Origin: a bacterium
GTDB taxonomy: Bacteria > Bdellovibrionota_C > UBA2361 > CALJRW01
Reading direction: 5' to 3'
NCBI GenBank assembly: GCA_031385045.1
Contig: JANNBC010000024.1
Coordinates: 96,001-160,000 of the forward strand
Length of the DNA: 64,000 bases
Numbering within the stretch: the first letter of the stretch is position 1; the number at the start of each line of letters is the position of its first letter. Both the position numbers and the translations under genes were made by a program. This document shows, in pieces, positions 1 to 11,160 of the stretch. The notes beneath the pieces are model-generated. The model was not told the origin of the DNA. It made no database searches and saw only the letters and a program-made list of their open reading frames with translations.

Positions 1-2
1 TG

Positions 3-110
3 CTAGTTAGTGGGATGATTATCGGAACTTTTTTTACTTTATTTGTAGTGCCAATTATTTATCTGAAACTTACTGGCCAACGTCATCAGGAGATTGAGAG
101 TGATTTGTAA
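3..110 (+). CDS. C-terminal fragment of RND efflux permease (AcrB family), truncated by window edge
   Basis: Frame from nt 3 reads LVSGMIIGTFFTLFVVPIIYLK...DL*, the typical last TM helix of AcrB-type permeases; it lies directly upstream of an OMF gene. Confidence 0.8.
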   Translation, partial: LVSGMIIGTFFTLFVVPIIYLKLTGQRHQEIESDL

Positions 111-1530
111 TTTCAACGTAATAAAAAAAATTCTAGCAGCCTTATTGCTAATAGCTTTTAGTGCCTGTGCTGTTGGTCCCAATTACCATCGTCCAGAATC
201 AAAAATTCCTAAGCAGATTAAGTCTCCTAAAATTGCTAATATTAGTGATCAGAAGCTGAACATTCGTTGGTGGGAGTCATTTCAAGATCCGATCTTAAAT
301 CAACTGGTCTTAAAAGGAGTTGCTGCCAATAAGTCTGTTAAGCAGGCGCTTTCTAGAGTTAATCAGTCAAGGGCTTTAGCTAGAGTAGCATTTGCTGAAT
401 TGCTTCCTGGTTTTCAGTTTAATAGTAGTTATGAAGAGCGACAAATCTCAGGAGTTCAGTTTGGAGGCAAGGCGAATAAATATGATCTTTATCGCTCTAG
501 TCTTGATGCCGCATGGGAGATCGATATTTTTGGCCGACTGCGACGTAATTTAGAGGCTAGTAATGCCGATTATGAAGCAAAGGTAGCTGGCTTAGATGAT
601 TCGATTCAGATTTTACTTAGTGAATTGGCAAATAATTATTTTCAGTTACGTTCAGCGCAACAACAGCTAGCTATCGCAAAAAATAATCTCAAGTTGCAAC
701 AAGAAACTGTGCGCATTGTTGAGGCAAAGTTAAAGGCTGGTTCTATTGGGGAGTTAGATTTAGCCCGCGCCAATTCGCAACTTGCACAGACTAGCTCAAC
801 AGTTGCCCCTTTAAAAGCAATGGTGAAGAGTTATATATACCGAATCTCTGTTCTCTGCAGTAAGAGTCCAACAAGATTTACTAAATTATTAAGAAAGGTT
901 GATGCTGTACCAGTTTATCAAGGTTCAGTACAAATTGGCCAGGTGGAAGATATTCTTCAGAGACGACCAGATATTCGTTCGGCAGAAAGAATGTTAGCTG
1001 AGTATAATGCTATTATCGGAGTAGAGACTGGGCAGCTTTTTCCAAAAATAAAACTCACCGGTTTTTTTGGTTATGAAAATACCAAAGGGCACGGATTATT
1101 CAATTCTAATCGTGAGGTCTATGGCTATGGACCAACAATTACTTGGTCACCATTTGATTTAGGTACAATTAGATCTAAGATAAAATCTGCCGATGCTCGA
1201 GCCGAGGAAGCATTATATTTTTATGAAGAGACAGTATTAAAAGCCTTGGAAGATTTAAAAAACTCTTTTAACAATTATCAAGCTCAGTCTGCCCGGACCT
1301 ATTATCTACAAACTGCCTTTGATTCTTCCAAAAGAGCCTATCAGTTAGCCCAAGCTCAATATCAAGTTGGGTCAATTGATTTGCTCTCTGTTCTTGATGC
1401 CCAAACTCAAATGTTAAGTACTGAGAATGAACTAGCTGTGAATCAGCAGAGCCAAGCAACTGCAATTGTAAATATTTACAAAGCACTTGGTGGTGGCTGG
1501 GAAGCATGGGAGATGGTCGAAAAAAAATAA
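94..1530 (+). CDS. Efflux outer membrane factor lipoprotein (NodT/OprM family)
   Basis: Lipobox FSAC-AVGPNY, WWESFQDP, WEIDIFG, RRPDIRSAE, YKALGGGW. Confidence 0.93.
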   Translation: MRVICNFNVIKKILAALLLIAFSACAVGPNYHRPESKIPKQIKSPKIANISDQKLNIRWWESFQDPILNQLVLKGVAANKSVKQALSRVNQSRALARVAFAELLPGFQFNSSYEERQISGVQFGGKANKYDLYRSSLDAAWEIDIFGRLRRNLEASNADYEAKVAGLDDSIQILLSELANNYFQLRSAQQQLAIAKNNLKLQQETVRIVEAKLKAGSIGELDLARANSQLAQTSSTVAPLKAMVKSYIYRISVLCSKSPTRFTKLLRKVDAVPVYQGSVQIGQVEDILQRRPDIRSAERMLAEYNAIIGVETGQLFPKIKLTGFFGYENTKGHGLFNSNREVYGYGPTITWSPFDLGTIRSKIKSADARAEEALYFYEETVLKALEDLKNSFNNYQAQSARTYYLQTAFDSSKRAYQLAQAQYQVGSIDLLSVLDAQTQMLSTENELAVNQQSQATAIVNIYKALGGGWEAWEMVEKK

Positions 1531-1569
1531 GCTAGAAATTGGACTATTCTTGGGCTAAGTTATCTAGCC

Positions 1570-2637
1570 ATGAATAGATTTTCTTGCTTAGCCTCTTTTT
1601 TCTTGTTTCAAATAATAAATCCTTTTTTATTATCTGCGGAATGTCGATTTGGTTTGCTTGTGCCAATCACTGGTGAGTATGCTAGCGGTGGGGAAGAGTG
1701 CATAGCTGGATATAATGTTGCAAAGTCCAGGAACGATCCTAAAAAATTACCTATTAAATTTATTCTTGAAGATTCTAAAGCACAAGCAAAAGAGTCTGTG
1801 ACGCTGTTTAAGAAATTAGTTGAGATTGATCAAGTTCATGCCGTGGAATTAATGCGCTCGCCAGTAGGCATGGCAGTTAACCCACTTTCTAAAAGTCTAA
1901 AGATTCCCGTTATCGGTGCTGTTGGTCATCCTGGTTTTGTTGTGGGAAATCCTTTTGCCTATCAGTTTTGGCCTTCAACTTTTGATGAATCAAAGGCACT
2001 CGCAAAACAAATTATTAGTGATGATGTGAAATCAATTTATTCTTTAACTACAGAAGATGATTGGTTATTAGCTTTTCAGGACGACTTAGTTAAAAATTAC
2101 CAAGGCTTAGGCGGAAAGATTATTGCTAGTCAAAACATCGAACCAACGTTTAATGATTTTCGAAGTCTAATTTTAAAGATCAAACAATCAAAAGCTAATG
2201 CCGTCTTTATGGGCCTTGCTCCAAATCAATTAGCAATTTTTATCAAACAATTTCGTGAAGCTGGGATGAAGCAGACTTTGTATTCAACATTTAATGTTAA
2301 ATATGAAGATGTTGTAAAGGCGCTTACCAAGGAATTGCTAAATAATATTACCTTCGTAGAGGTTGACTCCTTAAAGCCAAAATTTATGGAACAGTATAAG
2401 ATTTTCTCAAAAGATCGCATACCATCTGCTGCCAGTTATAGTTGTTATTTAACCACCGAAGCCCTTTATCAAGCATGCGAACAATCCATTAATCAAAAAG
2501 AGGATTTGCTTAATGTTTTATCAAAGATGACTGCCGTAGATACTTTGGATCAAGTTATTGAGGTCAAAGATCGTCGAGCTAAGTTTGATATTTTGACTAA
2601 GAAATTTGTCGATGGGGATGTTGAGGTGGTGGAATAA
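1570..2637 (+). CDS. Periplasmic binding protein, branched-chain amino acid (LivJ-like) family
   Basis: Signal peptide, GLLVPITGEYASGG, ILEDSK, DFRSLILKIK; no cognate permease adjacent. Confidence 0.8.
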   Translation: MNRFSCLASFFLFQIINPFLLSAECRFGLLVPITGEYASGGEECIAGYNVAKSRNDPKKLPIKFILEDSKAQAKESVTLFKKLVEIDQVHAVELMRSPVGMAVNPLSKSLKIPVIGAVGHPGFVVGNPFAYQFWPSTFDESKALAKQIISDDVKSIYSLTTEDDWLLAFQDDLVKNYQGLGGKIIASQNIEPTFNDFRSLILKIKQSKANAVFMGLAPNQLAIFIKQFREAGMKQTLYSTFNVKYEDVVKALTKELLNNITFVEVDSLKPKFMEQYKIFSKDRIPSAASYSCYLTTEALYQACEQSINQKEDLLNVLSKMTAVDTLDQVIEVKDRRAKFDILTKKFVDGDVEVVE

Positions 2638-2765
2638 GATGGCGAGGACTATAATTCCACTCTTAATGAGAACTTTTTCTTTTAAATTAAGTTCATTAAC
2701 CAGTTTTTTTCAATATATTTTATAAGTTATGACATTTGAAAAATAGATTTATTAGGCACAAGTGG

Positions 2766-3374
2766 TCAATGACAGTTGGAACCGCCAACTCCATAAATAG
2801 AATCGTACAGCAGACTCTTGCCATCAAAGAAAATATTTGGTCTATATGTTGGCCGACTGGTAAAATTTTCAACGTTTTGGTAAATGGCAAAATTAGCTGA
2901 GCCAGCTCTAGTTTTACATGTAAATGCGTAATATGTTCTCCAGAGATGCACGATAGAACCAAAATCAGCACGCCAATGGCTCATTGAGAATTGAATATTA
3001 CCACTCTTTGTTAGATGGGAAAGTAATTCGGGGCCAATGTTAATATCGAGATTAAAGGTATTTACAAAATCAACTTCCTTAGAGTTGATAGAGCTACCAA
3101 CGCCGTAGAATGATGATTTTATAGGCCCCCCCTCTGGAACAGCACTCAAGGCGGCTTCTAATTCCATATAGGTTGCTTCGGAAGCAGTTGCTAAATCTTT
3201 CATCGCCAAAGTTAATTCAGTTTGGTAAGCCTTATCTTTGTATTCTGTAAAGATTGTTAAAGAGATACTAGACAATATTCCAGCAATGACGATACTAATT
3301 ATTAGTTCAATAAGAGTGAAAGCATGTTCTTTGAATAGTCTTAAATTATTATATTTTTTATTAAGAAACTTCAT
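2766..3374 (-). CDS. Type IV pilin-like protein (prepilin N-terminal cleavage/methylation motif)
   Basis: AFTLIELIISIVIAGILSSI class III signal with Glu at +5. Confidence 0.85.
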   Translation of the reverse strand: MKFLNKKYNNLRLFKEHAFTLIELIISIVIAGILSSISLTIFTEYKDKAYQTELTLAMKDLATASEATYMELEAALSAVPEGGPIKSSFYGVGSSINSKEVDFVNTFNLDINIGPELLSHLTKSGNIQFSMSHWRADFGSIVHLWRTYYAFTCKTRAGSANFAIYQNVENFTSRPTYRPNIFFDGKSLLYDSIYGVGGSNCH

Positions 3375-3827
3375 ATAATTTAAGACCTGTTAAACCCCAA
3401 CTCACAGGATATCTTTAAATAATACCTGATATTTTTTGATTTTGATAGCCTAAATTTTATTTACTTAACCGTAAAACACTTCTTCTATTCCCAAAACTTA
3501 AACTCTAGATATAACTCTCCAGTTATGCGTAAATATTAATTGGAGGAGCAAAGATATTCCTAGCCTTTAGCAAGTTAAAACAGATTGCTTTTAGCACTTC
3601 CTGAGCTTGAGCGCTCTGTTTAGAAAAATACCTAGTCTGGTGAAAATTAAATTTTCGCTTCTTGCTTTCAAAGTATTGCTCCACAATAAATCGTTTAGTT
3701 GAGATGATGAGGATATTCTATTTTTTATGGATTTTTAAATTAGCTTATATTTGTATTTGGGTTATAAGCTATTTGGTCTCCGGCTATTGGTTTTTGTTTC
3801 AGGAAAGCGAGGAAATTAATCTTCATT

Positions 3828-4514
3828 TTATTTTGCTATCCAATTAATTGGTATATATCGGTCTTCTTTCCAGGCTAGGACCAATAATGGACTTACATCA
3901 CTTTCGAGTGGTGTAGCTTTGTTGTTAGTAAGTAAAATAACTGGAGCCTCTCCAACTCCGGCTTTGGTAATTAATGGTAATTTTTTATGATCTGGAATTA
4001 GTAATAAGGGAGAAGCAAATATTGCTGCAAATCCGATCGCTAAGAATAGACATCCACCTCCATCTCCTCTTGCTGCTTTGCCACTTTTCACAGCCAAAGT
4101 AATTAATCCTATCCCAGCTAATAATGTAATACACCCAGTTGTCATTGCAACTTGATTTTGCAAGTAAACAAGCTCTATTGTTGAGATTCGCTCTAAGGCT
4201 AAGTTTTTTTCAATCACTACAGGATATCCATTCCAGTCACCTAGTGTTGCCTCGGGTGATAACTTGCTTTTTAAGATTTTCAGCTCTTGTTCAGTAGGCC
4301 TTTTTAAGTGCTTACTAGAACGACCACCAGAGCGTCCTCCTTTCGCTTCCTCAGAGTTTAATGCCATATTGGAAGCATTTATTTGCCCAGCGCCAATTCC
4401 TGCCCCAGCGCCACTGGAGTATGACGCAGCAGAAGTTCTATCAGAACAGAATGATGCTGCAGCAAGACCAGTCATTAGAAGGTTTTTTAATGTGTTTGGG
4501 TGGATATGATTCAT
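3828..4514 (-). CDS. Hypothetical membrane protein (signal-like N-terminus, two hydrophobic helices)
   Basis: 228-aa ORF with a Gly/Ser-rich linker and two hydrophobic segments. Confidence 0.55.
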   Translation of the reverse strand: MNHIHPNTLKNLLMTGLAAASFCSDRTSAASYSSGAGAGIGAGQINASNMALNSEEAKGGRSGGRSSKHLKRPTEQELKILKSKLSPEATLGDWNGYPVVIEKNLALERISTIELVYLQNQVAMTTGCITLLAGIGLITLAVKSGKAARGDGGGCLFLAIGFAAIFASPLLLIPDHKKLPLITKAGVGEAPVILLTNNKATPLESDVSPLLVLAWKEDRYIPINWIAK

Positions 4515-4949
4515 CGAATATTCTTAAAACTCAAATATTTTCTAAGTTATGGACTATCTTAGAACTTTGTTACATGAGTTTTATGTTTTGTTAAGTATCT
4601 GAACTCTTTAATTATTAATGAAACAAAAAGAAATAATCAGATAAGACTTAAGCAATAGCGAACGCTCGTTTAATTTGTTCATCAACTAGTATATCTAGAT
4701 TTGAAAACTTTTTAGCAGTTGAGCATTACTAAGGCGACTAATAATAAATCAGCATTTATATTGAATGATTATTTATGGCTATCTGTTACTAAGCATCGTA
4801 AGTATTATTAGTGATTAGGCGATTTATTACTCCTTTAATTAGCTGATTTTTCTTATGATTGGCGCTTTTATGATTATAAAATAAGTTACTTCTATATTCA
4901 TTCAATTATAACTTTTTTATAATACAATAATCTAAAAAGAAACTACATT

Positions 4950-5415
4950 TTAAATTCGATATTAATAATCCAAATTTTTTGATAGCTGATTATAAGTATG
5001 AGTATCCATACTGGCAAAAAGTTGTCAGCAGAGTACGGCGCTTCTTTCGGATAGAATGGAAAAAAATCTCATATTTAAAATTACCATTGTTGTGCTGGAG
5101 ATGGTAATAAATCTGGAGACTTACTAGTATTTAGAAGATCTTCTTAAAAATTAATACTATTTAGTAGCCAGTCAAAAAACCTATTTTATTCATAATCTAG
5201 CGGATAGAGAAAAGGTCTTACAAAAAAATTTTCTCAGAAAAGAAATAATTCCGCAGTTGCTAGTCTTCGATGTATTATTCATTTTTGGAAGTTTAAAGCC
5301 GTGGAATGCTAAGTTTAGGACACGTTGGATTAATGATTTATATTTGAGAAATTTTTCTAAAGCCGAGAAAGGCTCGTTACTAAACTTTAAAATGATTTTA
5401 TTGATTTTAAATTAG
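4950..5415 (+). pseudogene. Possible degraded glycosyltransferase family 8 remnant (start approximate)
   Basis: Frameshifted fragments read AG/MVINLETY (5094-5124) and IIHF/GSLKPWN (~5274-5307), resembling the GT8 motifs NAGVMVINL and IIHFxGxxKPW; no intact ORF. Confidence 0.35.
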
Positions 5416-5586
5416 CAGTAACAACTTTTAACTATATTGAGATAATTGCAAAAAAATATTTGCCGATATCAACTTTACCAAAGTTAATGCTAGAGAATCT
5501 TATTAGCTATAAAAACTTGATCCTTTAGCAGCTTGCTTTTTTGCAATATCTTGCATCAGTTACTTTATTGTGATGTACTTTTCTAA

Positions 5587-7356
5587 ATGGTCAATTCCTT
5601 AAAACTTATAGCTATATTTTTAACGTCTATTTTCAGAGACTTCCCCAAGGTTTTTATTTCTGCAATTGCATTATCAGTCATGGTCAGTATATCGGAAGGC
5701 TGTGGATTGCTACTTATTATCCCAATACTTACTAATAGTGGTTTGGAAATTGATCTTGCCCAACCTTCCCAAAATATGCCTTTACTACTGAATTTCTTTC
5801 ACCCTGCTGGATTTTCTTTGGGACTTGCAGGAGCTCTACTTGTTTTTCTAGGGATAGTGATTCTGAACGAATATTTGAGAGTTTGTCATGTAAGAACAAC
5901 AGGACAACTGTCTAAATTTTATGGTGATAACCAACGCAAAAGACTCTTTGAAGTATCAATTAATACTCGCTGGGATTTCTATCGTACTTTAAATCAGGAA
6001 ACTTTGCAGCGTTTGATAACGAGAGGAGTCACAGATCTTGAGCGGGCATTATCACTTTCACTTGAGGTGATCAGAGATTTAATTATTGTCAGTGTCTACA
6101 CCTTGGTCTCTGGCCTGATATCCTGGCAGCTGACAGCATATGTTTGTGTGATTTCTGTGATAATTTTGATTATTCTTAAATCTTTGTTGGGTATTACTTG
6201 GCGTCAGGGTCTAAGTGCCCATGAGAAGCTACAAAAGCTTTCAGAACTGATGCAAAACTACCTAGGAGGAGTTAGGTATATTAGAGCATCAACGCATAAA
6301 AAGTTAATTGTTAACCATTTTGTACAGGCTGTACAAAAGGAGAGTTCCGCCAGACTTAGGTATACTATTTCTGTTGCTAATTCCTATCATCTCTTTCAAG
6401 TTGGAGCTGCTGTAATTTTCTGTTTTATTCTCTTCTTCATAATTGATTTTAAGAAGCTAGGAAGTGCTGATCTTATTTTTTTTATAATCATTTTTAGTCG
6501 AGTAGCCACCAGACTTTCATACGCAATTAATAAATGTTTTAGCTGTGTGAGTCTCTTGCCTGTAGCGCAGGAAATTAAATTACTTATTGATAATGCCGAG
6601 CTTAATAAGTTTTATGACTATAAAACTACACGCCCAATTGAGCTAAAGCATCAAATTGAATTTAGAAATGTATCTTTCCAATATCCAGGACAACTTTGTA
6701 GTAGTCTGCTTAAGGATATATCATTGCAAATCGAGGTTGGAAAGCTAACGGCAATTATTGGCTCTTCTGGGTCAGGGAAGACAACCCTGCTGGAAATACT
6801 TGCAGGTCATATTCAGCCTTTAAAGGGAGAAATTCTTATTGATCAAATAGCACTTAATCAGTCTCAGATTCTTGAGTGGCAGAAGTTGATTAGTTATGTT
6901 GATCATGAGCCATTTATATTTGAAGATACAGTACGTAATAACCTTTGCATGGCAGATAGTGATTGTTCCGACAGTGAGCTCTGGCAGGCGCTTGATATGC
7001 TCGAGGCCTCAGGTTTCGTTCGTAGCTTACCGTTGGGTTTAGAGACCAAATTAGGAGGTCAACTTAAGCTTTCCAAGGGTGAATCTCAGCGTCTATCGAT
7101 TGCACGGGCCCTTCTACAAAATACTCGCGTTTTGCTACTAGATGAATCAACTAGTGCACTTGATCTAAGGACAGAGGAGATTGTCCTAAAACGAATTCAT
7201 GAATTGAAGAAAGATATGGCAATCATCCTTGTAAGTCACAGGCCAGGGGTAATATTAGAAGCAGATGTAACTTACATGCTACGGTCGGGCAGGCTACGGT
7301 CGGTCAGTGTTTCATCTATCATGGATCTACAGGATTTAATCAGGGAAGAAGATTAA
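5587..7356 (+). CDS. ABC exporter, fused permease/ATPase
   Basis: N-terminal TM domain, Walker A GSSGSGKTT, signature LSKGESQR, Walker B LLLDESTSALD. Confidence 0.92.
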   Translation: MVNSLKLIAIFLTSIFRDFPKVFISAIALSVMVSISEGCGLLLIIPILTNSGLEIDLAQPSQNMPLLLNFFHPAGFSLGLAGALLVFLGIVILNEYLRVCHVRTTGQLSKFYGDNQRKRLFEVSINTRWDFYRTLNQETLQRLITRGVTDLERALSLSLEVIRDLIIVSVYTLVSGLISWQLTAYVCVISVIILIILKSLLGITWRQGLSAHEKLQKLSELMQNYLGGVRYIRASTHKKLIVNHFVQAVQKESSARLRYTISVANSYHLFQVGAAVIFCFILFFIIDFKKLGSADLIFFIIIFSRVATRLSYAINKCFSCVSLLPVAQEIKLLIDNAELNKFYDYKTTRPIELKHQIEFRNVSFQYPGQLCSSLLKDISLQIEVGKLTAIIGSSGSGKTTLLEILAGHIQPLKGEILIDQIALNQSQILEWQKLISYVDHEPFIFEDTVRNNLCMADSDCSDSELWQALDMLEASGFVRSLPLGLETKLGGQLKLSKGESQRLSIARALLQNTRVLLLDESTSALDLRTEEIVLKRIHELKKDMAIILVSHRPGVILEADVTYMLRSGRLRSVSVSSIMDLQDLIREED

Positions 7357-7364
7357 CTTAATTG

Positions 7365-8525
7365 CTAATTAAGAAGTCCTAATAATTTTTTATGTTGGAT
7401 ACTACTACAGAAATTTTTTTCGATCGTTTTTCTGGCATTCTCTTGTAGGGCGATTCTTTCTTCTGCAGTCATCGATAAAAAAACTTCAATTTTTTCTAAA
7501 ATAGCTTGGCTGCTTTTTTCTTTAGTAAGTAAGTCACTCACTTTATCGTTAACTAACTCCGGAATACCAGAATGAAAGGTTGTAATTACAGGGACTCCAC
7601 AAGCCATCGCTTCCATCAGAGATACCGGGATTCCTTCCATGTCTCCATTTGCAGCTGTTAGACTAGGAAACAACATGAGATCTGCTCGCAAAAGATATTT
7701 GTGGATTAGCTCTTGCTCCTCCGCTCCGATCAAATTTATGAATTTTTAAGCATTTAAATCTTTGATAAGGCTTGCAAGGGAGTCGTGTAGGCCTCCTGCC
7801 CCTATGATCATGTATTCAACATCCACTTTCTGAGACAGATCTGCTACTGCTTTAATGGCATAGGATAATCCTTTTTTTTCAGTAAGACGAGCAACGGAAA
7901 TAATCAGAAGTGGACTACTAAGATTAGTTTTGGGTTGATATTGATAATAGTTTGTATTCACTCCCAGATGCTGTGTAATTGCAGATTGTTCGGCACAACC
8001 AAGTGTTAGCAATTTCCTTCGCCAGAAGTCACTAATTGGCAAAATTATTTCAGTTCTCTTAAATAATTCTCGATACGCAGACTGATAAAGATTCAAAATT
8101 AGATATCTACTCAAGTCGTAACCATGAAAAAATGTAGCTATTTTACTAGAGAGTAGACCCATATCTCTTAATCGCAAGGCGAGAACGCCTTGTTGTCCAA
8201 AGTGGGCAATAATATAATCAAAATCAGTTATGTCGTTAAGCTTTCTTTCCACCGCAAAGCATTTACAAAATAAGAGCTTTTGTAAGGAAGTAAGTTTTTT
8301 AAAAGCAGATAGATGTCTTAAATTACGTATAAAAAAATTATTAGATGAGGAAAGATAGATTACCTTTTGAACCGGTAAATCTTCAGTCAGCTTAAGATTA
8401 TCAGAGATTGGATAGCAAGCAATAATCCAGACTTCCGCTCCAGAATTTAAAAAATCCTTAATCTGATTAAGTACAAAAGTTTCCGTCAGTTGCGGAAAGC
8501 ACTTTAAGATAAAAGCTATTTTCAT
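7365..8525 (-). pseudogene. WcaL-like GT4 glycosyltransferase interrupted by an in-frame TAA
   Basis: N-part FPQLTETFVLNQI, HFG, VARLTEKKG; C-part PSLTAANGDMEGIPVSLMEAMACG; same frame, TAA at 7746-7748 (DLNA*KFINLIG). Confidence 0.8.
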
Positions 8526-8556
8526 GATTCAAATTAACTTTTTAAATAACCTAGCT

Positions 8557-9654
8557 TTAAATTTTTAGTACGGAATCATATTGATCGATGAAAGTTAGAA
8601 GATCGAATCTTTTTACTACCCACTCCCTGTTTTCTTTTCTTAGCCTATTTTTTTCCTGTTCATTTTGATTTATCAAAGATAAGCAGGCCTCAGTGATTAA
8701 TTGCGGGTCATTATTTTGTAACAGCTTACGGTGTTTCCTAATATTATCTTTGAATCACCAATATCGCTAGACACACAGGTTACTCCGCAGGACATAGCTT
8801 CAACTAAACAACAACTTTGTGCTTCTTTAAAAAAGGAAGGAAGGACTAAGATATCAAGAATGCTATATATAGAGGGCATCTCACTGCGCTGACCAAGCAA
8901 GATACTATGCTAAAGAATTTCATGTTTGCGCAATTTTTTAATTAGTTTCCTATTCTGTGAATCCATCCTAGATCCACAGAAAACAAATTTTACATTTGGT
9001 AATTCTTTGAAAATTTCTGGCATGGTTTCAATGAATATGTTTACACCCTTTTCTATGCAATATCGGTAAATCAGACCAATCACAGCAGTAGAATCGGGGA
9101 CACCAAGCAACTTTCTTGTTTCATAACTTTGAGAATTAGGATGAAATCTGTTGGAGTCCAGACCATTTGCAATATATATAAATTTTTTATGATCATAGCC
9201 CAACTTTTTATATTGATCGCAAGTTGCTTGAGAGACACAGATTATTGAATCGGGTAAATAATAAGAAATTTTTCTAGTCAGTTTTACAAGCAAACTGACC
9301 AATTTTTGATTACCAGGTCCTGAATCATGAATGCCCCAAATGATCGGAGCAGTGAGGAATAAACGAGAGAATTTTGAAATGAATGCTGCGGCGTGTCCCC
9401 ATGTTTTTATCACTAAATTATCTGAGAGTGATAGCTTTCTAAGCTTTTTAAATAGATAAAATAATTTGTAGAATCTAAAAGACAGCAATGTATAGGTTTC
9501 TAAATCTTGTGTAAGATCTGACTGGTAGCGAGTGGGTAAAATTGATAGGACAATATGTTGATTTATTTTACTGTTGTTCACAAAAGCTCAAAGACCGAAG
9601 CGATACCGTCCTTGCAGCTACTACCCTTAATAATATGTAAACAATGTTTAGTCA
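8557..9654 (-). pseudogene. GT4 glycosyltransferase with an in-frame TAG and frameshifts (ends approximate)
   Basis: In-frame TAG at 8910-8912 (HEIL*HSILLGQR); frameshift near 8730 continuing as KLLQNNDPQLITEACL...; probable frameshift near 9582; motifs IICVSQAT, YIANGLD, LVEAMSCG. Confidence 0.75.
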
Positions 9655-9861
9655 CGCAAATGGATAATACAAGAATGAGATTGATATGCCAACTAGTCAC
9701 AAGTTTCTCATTAGATTTTTAATTTCGCTATATCTTATCAATAAATCTAAATTAATCTTATATTTAAAAATACTGTGACTGGCTACTAAATGTCTCCTGA
9801 GCTAATATCTAGATTGGAATATAGAAATATTTCTTATTTCGCCTAAGGAGCAAAAAAGTCA

Positions 9862-10797
9862 ATGAGAATAAAGCTAGCACTAGTTTCTGAAACAAGTGAG
9901 CAGTATCTAAATCAAGTAAAACTTTGCTTGTATAGTTTAAGAAAGAATGGTGGATCTTTAAGTCAGGTACTGGTTACTCTTATTACAAATAGCAATTCAC
10001 TTTGCAGAAGACAGAAGGCAATATTTACTAAACATTTTTCACCAATAGAGTTTAAAACTGCTCCTAGGCTTGGTGCTATATTACATACATCTAAATTAAA
10101 TATTTTTTATTCAGTAGATCCATCAAGCTATGATATTTTGATTTACTTGGATTGTGATACGGTTATTAGAAAGCCACTTGATCATATTGTGGATCCAATC
10201 ATTAACGGAGAAGCTGAGTTTCTCTGCCGACGTGGCGGTAAGTCCGATAGAGATAGATTTGTTGACTTTGATGCGCTTGTAAAAAATATCTGTGGACCAA
10301 AGTCTAAGCAAAAGATTTCCTTTGAAGAAAAACAAGAGTGGCCAATGTTTAATACAGGAGTTTTTGTAGCAACATCTAAAGCAGTTCGCCAGATCAGGGG
10401 AGATTCGGTTGAATTTACATATGCGCTTTATGATCAGTGGTTGAGACGGGACGCTTTTGAAGGTTTGCCTGGTATAAAATATCTTTTTCACTTTGGATTA
10501 CTCCCTAGTCGAAAAGAGGTTTTACAAAATTGGCCAATTGAACAGGGAGCTATTGCTCTTGCCTGTATTAAGGCAGGTCTGCCGATAGCATATCTTGATG
10601 AAGTATATAACTCCTGGGGAAATATTGATTTTCGAATTTTACATTGTTTTAAATCTGCTTATAAATTTGATCGAGCTAAAATGTATAGTAAAGAAGCAGA
10701 GAAATGGATTACAAAATATTCCAACAGCAAGCTAGCAGGGAAAATATTTCTTTCAGATATTGTACCTGAGCTAAGAGAATTACTTGAGAAGCAATAG
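9862..10797 (+). CDS. GT-A fold glycosyltransferase (GT8-like)
   Basis: YLDCDT DxD motif, FNTGVF, EQGAIALA, ILHCF. Confidence 0.65.
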   Translation: MRIKLALVSETSEQYLNQVKLCLYSLRKNGGSLSQVLVTLITNSNSLCRRQKAIFTKHFSPIEFKTAPRLGAILHTSKLNIFYSVDPSSYDILIYLDCDTVIRKPLDHIVDPIINGEAEFLCRRGGKSDRDRFVDFDALVKNICGPKSKQKISFEEKQEWPMFNTGVFVATSKAVRQIRGDSVEFTYALYDQWLRRDAFEGLPGIKYLFHFGLLPSRKEVLQNWPIEQGAIALACIKAGLPIAYLDEVYNSWGNIDFRILHCFKSAYKFDRAKMYSKEAEKWITKYSNSKLAGKIFLSDIVPELRELLEKQ

Positions 10798-10883
10798 TAA
10801 GACCTTATTTCCGTCTTTTCCAAATCTACGGTGGATAAAAATTGTGAAAATTATGGAATGAGATTGATTAGATTTTGGAGAGT

Positions 10884-10909
10884 CCGTCGTCGCCCTTTGG
10901 GCTATGACG
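10884..10909 (-). repeat. REP-like palindrome, copy 1
   Basis: Minus strand CGTCATAGC-CCAAAGG-GCGACGACGG; same pattern as the copies at 14247 and 63178. Confidence 0.5.
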
Positions 10910-10957
10910 CGACATTTTCTTAGTGTTTTTTCGCTGCGCGAAATCTATTGAAGAAAA

Positions 10958-11034
<77 letters not shown>

Positions 11035-11109
11035 AAAATAAAGTTATTAAGTTTAGTTATAAAATAATACTTATAACTAGTTCAAAATCACTTTGATTTC
11101 AGAGGTCGT

Positions 11110-11138
11110 AAGATAGTAATTTAGTTAATTAATGTCAA
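11110..11138 (-). promoter_or_regulatory. Sigma70-type promoter for tRNA-Ile
   Basis: Minus strand TTGACA-17nt-TATCTT, ~75 nt upstream of the tRNA. Confidence 0.6.
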
Positions 11139-11160
11139 GTTTCACTGCCACTTCGATAAA

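Noticed and set aside
7746..8912. Stop-codon reassignment or readthrough explaining the in-frame stops in the glycosyltransferases
   Set aside because: The stops differ (TAA and TAG), frameshifts also occur, and housekeeping genes end normally at these codons; gene decay is the simpler explanation.
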